A program made the position numbers and the translations under genes. Under the pieces are notes generated by a model that made no database searches, had not been told where the DNA came from, and worked only from the letters and a program-made list of their open reading frames with translations. Below, one piece after another: positions 59,122 through 64,000 of a stretch of 64,000 nucleotides of DNA. This DNA comes from Desulfatiglandales bacterium (lineage in GTDB: Bacteria > Desulfobacterota > DSM-4660 > Desulfatiglandales > Desulfatiglandaceae): positions 3,488,001 through 3,552,000 of the forward strand of contig OY762721.1 of NCBI GenBank assembly GCA_963666345.1. The letters run 5' to 3'. How positions within the stretch are numbered: the stretch's first letter is position 1; the number at the start of each line of letters is the position of its first letter.

Positions 59122-60186
59122 ATGGTCAATCAGAATGAAATGGGCAAGTACGCAGAGGCCGGAGTTGACATAGACGCCGGTAATCGTTTTGTAAAGATGA
59201 TAAAGCCTATCGTGAGCAAGACCTTCAAGACCGGCGTGATTACCGAACTCGGCGGTTTTGCCGGCCTTTTTTCGCTCAACGTGCAGCATATGAAAAATCC
59301 GGTGCTTGTAAGCTCAACCGACGGGGTGGGTACAAAGCTTAAGGTCGCGTTCATGATGGACAAGCATGACACCATAGGCATCGATCTTGTTGCCATGTGC
59401 GTGAACGACATAATGGTCCAGGGATCGACCCCGCTTTTCTTTCTGGATTATCTTTCCATGGGTAAGCTCGACGTGGATAAGGCACAGGAGATCGTAACCG
59501 GGATAGCGGTAGGTTGTCTTGAGGCACAGTGTTCTCTTATAGGAGGAGAGACAGCCGAGATGGCGGGCTTCTATGCGGAAGGCGAGTATGATCTGGCCGG
59601 ATTTGTGGTAGGGATAGTAGACAATGAAGCCCTGCTGGACGGCTCCGAGATCGCGGTGGGGCATAAACTGATAGGCATAGGATCGAGCGGCCTTCACAGC
59701 AACGGTTATTCCTTGGTTCGAAAGATCTTTTTCGAAGGCCTAAAGATGTCCGTGAGCGATTATGTCGAGGATTTCGGAAGGAGCCTGGGGGAGGAAATCC
59801 TGGAGCCCACCCGCATATATACCCAGACGGTAAACAACCTGAGAAGGGATTTTCAGATATACGGGATTACGCATATAACAGGGGGGGGATTGATCGATAA
59901 CCCGCCCCGTATGCTGCCGAAAAGATGCAAGGCGGTTATAGATACCTCAAGCTGGACCCCGCACCCGGTATTCTCCTACATTCAGAAGGCGGGAAAGATA
60001 TCCGACCGGGAGATGATGAAAACCTTTAACAACGGACTGGGGCTCCTTATCGTGGTAAGCGAGGATGACGCAGGCGAGGTACTCTTAAGACTCAAGGCTA
60101 TGGGGGAGACCGCCTATCTGGTCGGAACGGTCGAGGCCAGGGAAGAAGGCGAGGATGCCGTTGAGTTCACTGAGGCACCTTGTTAG
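59122..60186 (+). CDS. purM: Phosphoribosylformylglycinamidine cyclo-ligase
   Basis: YAEAGVDI, TDGVGTK, DLVAMCVND, GGETAEM, SSGLHSNGYSL, HITGGG. Confidence 0.96.
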   Translation: MVNQNEMGKYAEAGVDIDAGNRFVKMIKPIVSKTFKTGVITELGGFAGLFSLNVQHMKNPVLVSSTDGVGTKLKVAFMMDKHDTIGIDLVAMCVNDIMVQGSTPLFFLDYLSMGKLDVDKAQEIVTGIAVGCLEAQCSLIGGETAEMAGFYAEGEYDLAGFVVGIVDNEALLDGSEIAVGHKLIGIGSSGLHSNGYSLVRKIFFEGLKMSVSDYVEDFGRSLGEEILEPTRIYTQTVNNLRRDFQIYGITHITGGGLIDNPPRMLPKRCKAVIDTSSWTPHPVFSYIQKAGKISDREMMKTFNNGLGLLIVVSEDDAGEVLLRLKAMGETAYLVGTVEAREEGEDAVEFTEAPC

Positions 60187-60743
60187 GAAACAGGCCCCTG
60201 ATAATGGTAAGCGCATGCCTGATGGGAGTAAACTGCAGGTATGACGGAAGGCATTCGGCATGCAGGGAGTTGCTTGATCTGGCCGGCAGCCTCTTTCTGG
60301 TACCTTTCTGCCCCGAGCAGCTTGGAGGGCTTCCCACACCGAGACCTGCGGCAAACATAACCGGTGGCGACGGCTCCGATATAGCAGCCGGAAGGGGCAG
60401 GATAGTTAATCTGGAAGGACTTGATGTGACAGGGGCCTTTTTGAGGGGGGCTCAAGAGTCGGTGCGTCTTGCCGAGCTTTACGGGGTCAGGGTTTGCATA
60501 ATGAAAGACAAAAGCCCTTCCTGTGGTTTCAGAACCCCCTACTGCGAAACTGTTTCAGGATTTGGAATAGGGGTCACCGCGTCGGTTTTCCGTTCCCGGC
60601 GTATCAGGATGGTCGAGGTTGGAAGAAAGGACCCCTTTCCCGGCGGGCGTATCCTGAGGGCGCTTAAAGAGTCGGGCTACGGGGTAGAGGCGCTTGCAGG
60701 ACTCATGAAAGATGCCGGGTACCATGGAGGTGCCCTTTCATAA
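60180..60743 (+). CDS. DUF523-family (2-thiouracil desulfurase-like) protein
   Basis: VSACLMG.NCRYDG, CPEQLGGLPTPR, KSPSCG. Confidence 0.85.
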   Translation: MLGNRPLIMVSACLMGVNCRYDGRHSACRELLDLAGSLFLVPFCPEQLGGLPTPRPAANITGGDGSDIAAGRGRIVNLEGLDVTGAFLRGAQESVRLAELYGVRVCIMKDKSPSCGFRTPYCETVSGFGIGVTASVFRSRRIRMVEVGRKDPFPGGRILRALKESGYGVEALAGLMKDAGYHGGALS

Positions 60744-60782
60744 TCACGCGGTATATTCTCAATCAGGTTTAAGGAGGACGCG

Positions 60783-61094
60783 ATGTTCGGTTTGGGTCAC
60801 ACGGAGCTTCTGGTAATAGGACTTATCGTATTTCTCATTTTCGGTGCAAAGAGGCTCCCCGAGATCGGAAAGGGCCTCGGCGGGGCAATAAGGGAGTTTA
60901 AGTCGATCAAAAAGGCGGCCCCTTCAAAAGAGGTGCCTGACGGCGGGTACGAGGGAAAAAAGGTTGAAGACAAGAAGGAATCCTTTGATCTGGAATCCAA
61001 GGTCGTGAACAGTGTGGTCAACCAGATGCCCGGCGTAAAAAAGGTGATGTCTGTAAAGGATAAGGCTGAAAAGATATCCCGGATAATAAAATAG
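60783..61094 (+). CDS. tatA: Twin-arginine translocase TatA/E family subunit
   Basis: [27 protein letters not shown]. Confidence 0.85.
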   Translation: MFGLGHTELLVIGLIVFLIFGAKRLPEIGKGLGGAIREFKSIKKAAPSKEVPDGGYEGKKVEDKKESFDLESKVVNSVVNQMPGVKKVMSVKDKAEKISRIIK

Positions 61095-61198
61095 ACCGAT
61101 AAATTATTGAAACTGAAATACTCAGCTATTTCGGCCCTGGTTGTCCTCGGGATAACAGGGCCTTTTTGAATTTTGACTTTTTTACGGATACATTCAAT

Positions 61199-61648
61199 AT
61201 GGCTGTAACGCAATGCGAACTGCCCGACTGTAATCCTCCCTCCCTGGAGGTGGTCGATCTTCTTGCCGGATGCAGGAAGATCGCCGTTGTAGGGATTTCT
61301 CCGAAAGAGACCAGGGACAGTAACCGGGTCGCCAGGTATCTGATTGAAAAGGGCTACGATATTACCCCCGTTAACCCGGGACAGAAGGAGATCCTCGGAA
61401 GACCCTGCTTCAGGACCCTTTCCGATATACCCTTTAAGGTGGACATGGCAGACCTGTTTTTGAAACCTTCCAGGGTGCCGGCCGTGGTGGAGCAGGCCAT
61501 AGAGATGGGTGTGCGTTGTATCTGGATGCAGCTGGGAGTGGTAAACAACGAAGCCGCCGTCAAGGCGAGGGCCGCCGGCATCACGGTTGTGATGAATATG
61601 TGCATCATGAGAGAGCATATGAAACTGCCGCAGACGGTTTCCGGCTGA
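61199..61648 (+). CDS. CoA-binding protein (YccU-like)
   Basis: IAVVGIS....RDS, PVNP, IWMQLGV.N, CIMREH. Confidence 0.88.
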   Translation: MAVTQCELPDCNPPSLEVVDLLAGCRKIAVVGISPKETRDSNRVARYLIEKGYDITPVNPGQKEILGRPCFRTLSDIPFKVDMADLFLKPSRVPAVVEQAIEMGVRCIWMQLGVVNNEAAVKARAAGITVVMNMCIMREHMKLPQTVSG

Positions 61649-61665
61649 AATCCAGGGAGATTGAT

Positions 61666-62358
61666 TTGATAGGTACCATAGTAAATTCCGCCGCCATAGT
61701 GGCGGGAAGTATAGCGGGGTTTCTCATAAAGGGAGGTCTTCCAAAGAGATACAATGACACCGTGGCGAACGCCATAGGCCTTGTTGTCATAGTTGTAGGG
61801 CTTATGGGGGCGATAAAGACCAATGATATCCTGCTTGTCGCAATCAGCCTGGCGGTGGGAAGTTTTATAGGCGAATTCTTCAGGATCGAAGATCGGCTGA
61901 AGGGTATCGGCAATTTTCTTGAAAAGAGATTCTCAAAGGGAGGAGATGGCGGTTTTTCAAAGGGCTTTTTTACCGCAAGCCTATTATTCTGTGTGGGGGC
62001 CATGGCTGTGGTGGGTTCGCTTGAAAGCGGATTGACCGGAAATCATCATACCCTGTTCACAAAATCCGTGCTTGACGGGACCTTTTCCATCCTGCTCACC
62101 TCTGCATTCGGCATCGGGGTTATATTTTCTTCTGTCTCAGTGTTTCTTTACCAGGGCCTCATCACGCTCGGGGCATCCATGATCAAGGATTTTCTTACTC
62201 CTCAGGTGATAAACGAGATGTCGGCTGTAGGGGGCATCCTGATAATGGCAATAGGGTTTAACACCCTGGAGATAAAAAAAATAATGGTAGGCAATATGCT
62301 GCCCGCCATCTTTCTTCCTCTCATCTATTTTATTATAAGGCAATTTCTGGGCATCTGA
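61666..62358 (+). CDS. DUF554 membrane protein
   Basis: GTIVN, SLLFCVGAM, KSVLDG, VFLYQG, GNMLPA. Confidence 0.88.
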   Translation: MIGTIVNSAAIVAGSIAGFLIKGGLPKRYNDTVANAIGLVVIVVGLMGAIKTNDILLVAISLAVGSFIGEFFRIEDRLKGIGNFLEKRFSKGGDGGFSKGFFTASLLFCVGAMAVVGSLESGLTGNHHTLFTKSVLDGTFSILLTSAFGIGVIFSSVSVFLYQGLITLGASMIKDFLTPQVINEMSAVGGILIMAIGFNTLEIKKIMVGNMLPAIFLPLIYFIIRQFLGI

Positions 62359-62407
62359 TCCCCGGTCGGGATAACCGTCTCTTAAAAATTATAGGGAGGT
62401 ATCAGAC

Positions 62408-64000
62408 ATGTTTGATCCTGTTCGAGATACCATCGGCGAGATGATCCGAAAAAGGGTCGAAGAACATAGTGAAGATCATGCCGTCATCCACACCGAAAGA
62501 GGCGAGCGGTTCACCTACCGGCTTTTGTCTCTGGAAATGGACCGGGCCGCCTCGGGCTTTATCAGTTCCGGCATTGTAAAAGGCGACAGGGTGGCAATCA
62601 TAGGCAAAAATCTGTCCGAATGGGTCATATGCTTTCTGGCGCTTGCGAAGATCGGCGCGGTGGCCGTGCCGATAGATCCCGCGGTGGAAGGAGATGAGCT
62701 TCGCTACTTCCTCGGCAACTCCGGGTGCAGGGGGGTGGTCGCGCTTAAAGAGACAATCGACAGGGAGTTTTTCAGGACCCTGCTGGATCTGAAAAAGGAG
62801 CCCGGCCTTGTTGACACGTTGGTCTCTCTGGAGCAGACGGATCTACAGAGTATGATTCCCTGGGCACAGCTTGTCTCAATGGGGGAAGGTGTGAAAAAGG
62901 AGACGCTTTCAAGGTTCGCCCGTGAGGTAAGGCCTGAAGACCCTGCCGCGATAATGTACACCTCAGGCACTACAGGCAGGCCGAAGGGCGTGGTGATCGA
63001 TCACTCGGGGCTTGTCAACAAGTCCCTTTCTTCTATAAAAAGGCAGGGCCTTGGTCCTGATGACAGGCTGTGCCTGTTTTTCCCTCTGTTTCACATGTTC
63101 GGAAATACCTGCGTCGCGCTTTCCGGCCTGATCGCGGGCGCGACCATTGTCATGCCCTGCAGCCTTTTTGATAAGGGCTTGATACTTTCGGCCGTGGAAA
63201 AGGAGGCGTGCACCGCCATCTACGGCACACCCGGCATGATAATCGATCTCATGGAGCAGCCGGGATTCAGGCGGGAGCACTGGGTAAGCCTTAAAAAAGG
63301 CACCCTGGGAGGTGCTCCCTGCCCGGTGGAGCTTATGAAGAAAATAGTGGCGGATATGGGAATAAGCGATATCACGGTAGGCTACGGAATTACCGAGGCC
63401 TGTTCATGGATCACGATGACCATGCCGCATGATCCTGTGGAGATAAGGTGCTCCACCATAGGAAAGAGCCTGCCATGCTGTGAAGTAAAGATAGCGGATC
63501 CTGTGACAGGCAAGGACCTGCCGGCAGACAGCAGGGGGGAACTGTGCACAAGGGGCTTTCTCATGAAAGGTTACTTCGGGATGCCTTCCGCGACCGAGGC
63601 GGTGATGGATGCCGAAGGATGGTTCCATACGGGCGATCTGGGTGAAATGGATGAAAAGGGCTATGTAAAGATAGCCGGCAGGATAAAGGATGTAATCGAA
63701 AGGGACGGGATCAGGATATATCCGGCCCGGGTGGAGGATGTCATATACCGCCTGGAAGGGATATCCCAGGTGCAGGTGTTCGGTTTCCCCCATCCTGAAA
63801 AGGGGCAGGAGATGGCCGCCTGGATGACCGTGAAGGATGGGTCAAAACTGTGCGCGGATGAAGTAAAATCCCATGTGCGCAGGCACCTTCCGGCAGCCCT
63901 GATTCCGGGCTATTTCAAGATCGTGGAAGAACTCCCCATGACAAGGACCGGAAAGGCCCTTAAATTCAAGATGGCGGAGATGGCGGAAAAGGAATATCTG
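62408..64000 (+). CDS. AMP-binding acyl-CoA synthetase, stop codon beyond window end (absent from ORF track)
   Basis: GGAGG RBS, YTSGTTGRPKG, PLFHMFG, GYGITE, GWFHTGD, GRIKD, PMTRTGK. Confidence 0.9.
   Translation, partial: MFDPVRDTIGEMIRKRVEEHSEDHAVIHTERGERFTYRLLSLEMDRAASGFISSGIVKGDRVAIIGKNLSEWVICFLALAKIGAVAVPIDPAVEGDELRYFLGNSGCRGVVALKETIDREFFRTLLDLKKEPGLVDTLVSLEQTDLQSMIPWAQLVSMGEGVKKETLSRFAREVRPEDPAAIMYTSGTTGRPKGVVIDHSGLVNKSLSSIKRQGLGPDDRLCLFFPLFHMFGNTCVALSGLIAGATIVMPCSLFDKGLILSAVEKEACTAIYGTPGMIIDLMEQPGFRREHWVSLKKGTLGGAPCPVELMKKIVADMGISDITVGYGITEACSWITMTMPHDPVEIRCSTIGKSLPCCEVKIADPVTGKDLPADSRGELCTRGFLMKGYFGMPSATEAVMDAEGWFHTGDLGEMDEKGYVKIAGRIKDVIERDGIRIYPARVEDVIYRLEGISQVQVFGFPHPEKGQEMAAWMTVKDGSKLCADEVKSHVRRHLPAALIPGYFKIVEELPMTRTGKALKFKMAEMAEKEYL

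Noticed and set aside
1..64000. CRISPR array, rRNA or tRNA genes
   Set aside because: No regularly spaced repeats with unique spacers and no recognisable rRNA or tRNA sequence by eye

Overview
Bacterial chromosomal window whose gene content and protein style suggest an anaerobic deltaproteobacterium (Desulfobacterota-like; inference). 1-18 kb holds housekeeping and metabolic genes: the livMGF tail, azlCD, a LysM protein, an amidohydrolase, hypAB, an ASKHA corrinoid-activator-like protein and an ADP-forming acyl-CoA ligase. 18.3-36 kb is a dcw cluster (mraZ to ftsZ) that lacks ddl and has a stand-alone response regulator between murF and mraY. 36-45.6 kb carries a radical SAM gene, a DUF362/polyferredoxin pair, an LpxR-like gene and recG. 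45.7-59 kb is an accessory, partly AT-rich island between recG and purM. It contains an IS200, an IS4 remnant, degenerate attC-like sites, a Phd/VapC toxin-antitoxin pair, an intact ISL3 that interrupts a gene, several pseudogenes, and small genes punctuated by a GGGGTCAGGTCT-type repeat. The most unusual signal is a nested set of non-autonomous elements. A ~560-bp cassette carrying a four-helix-bundle gene, with ISL3-like ends and in one copy a 7/8 target duplication, occurs twice. A ~60-bp hairpin element with an exchangeable inner stem occurs four times. Both have filled and empty sites inside this window. No rRNA, tRNA or CRISPR array was seen. All family assignments are by eye from motifs; no database search was run.
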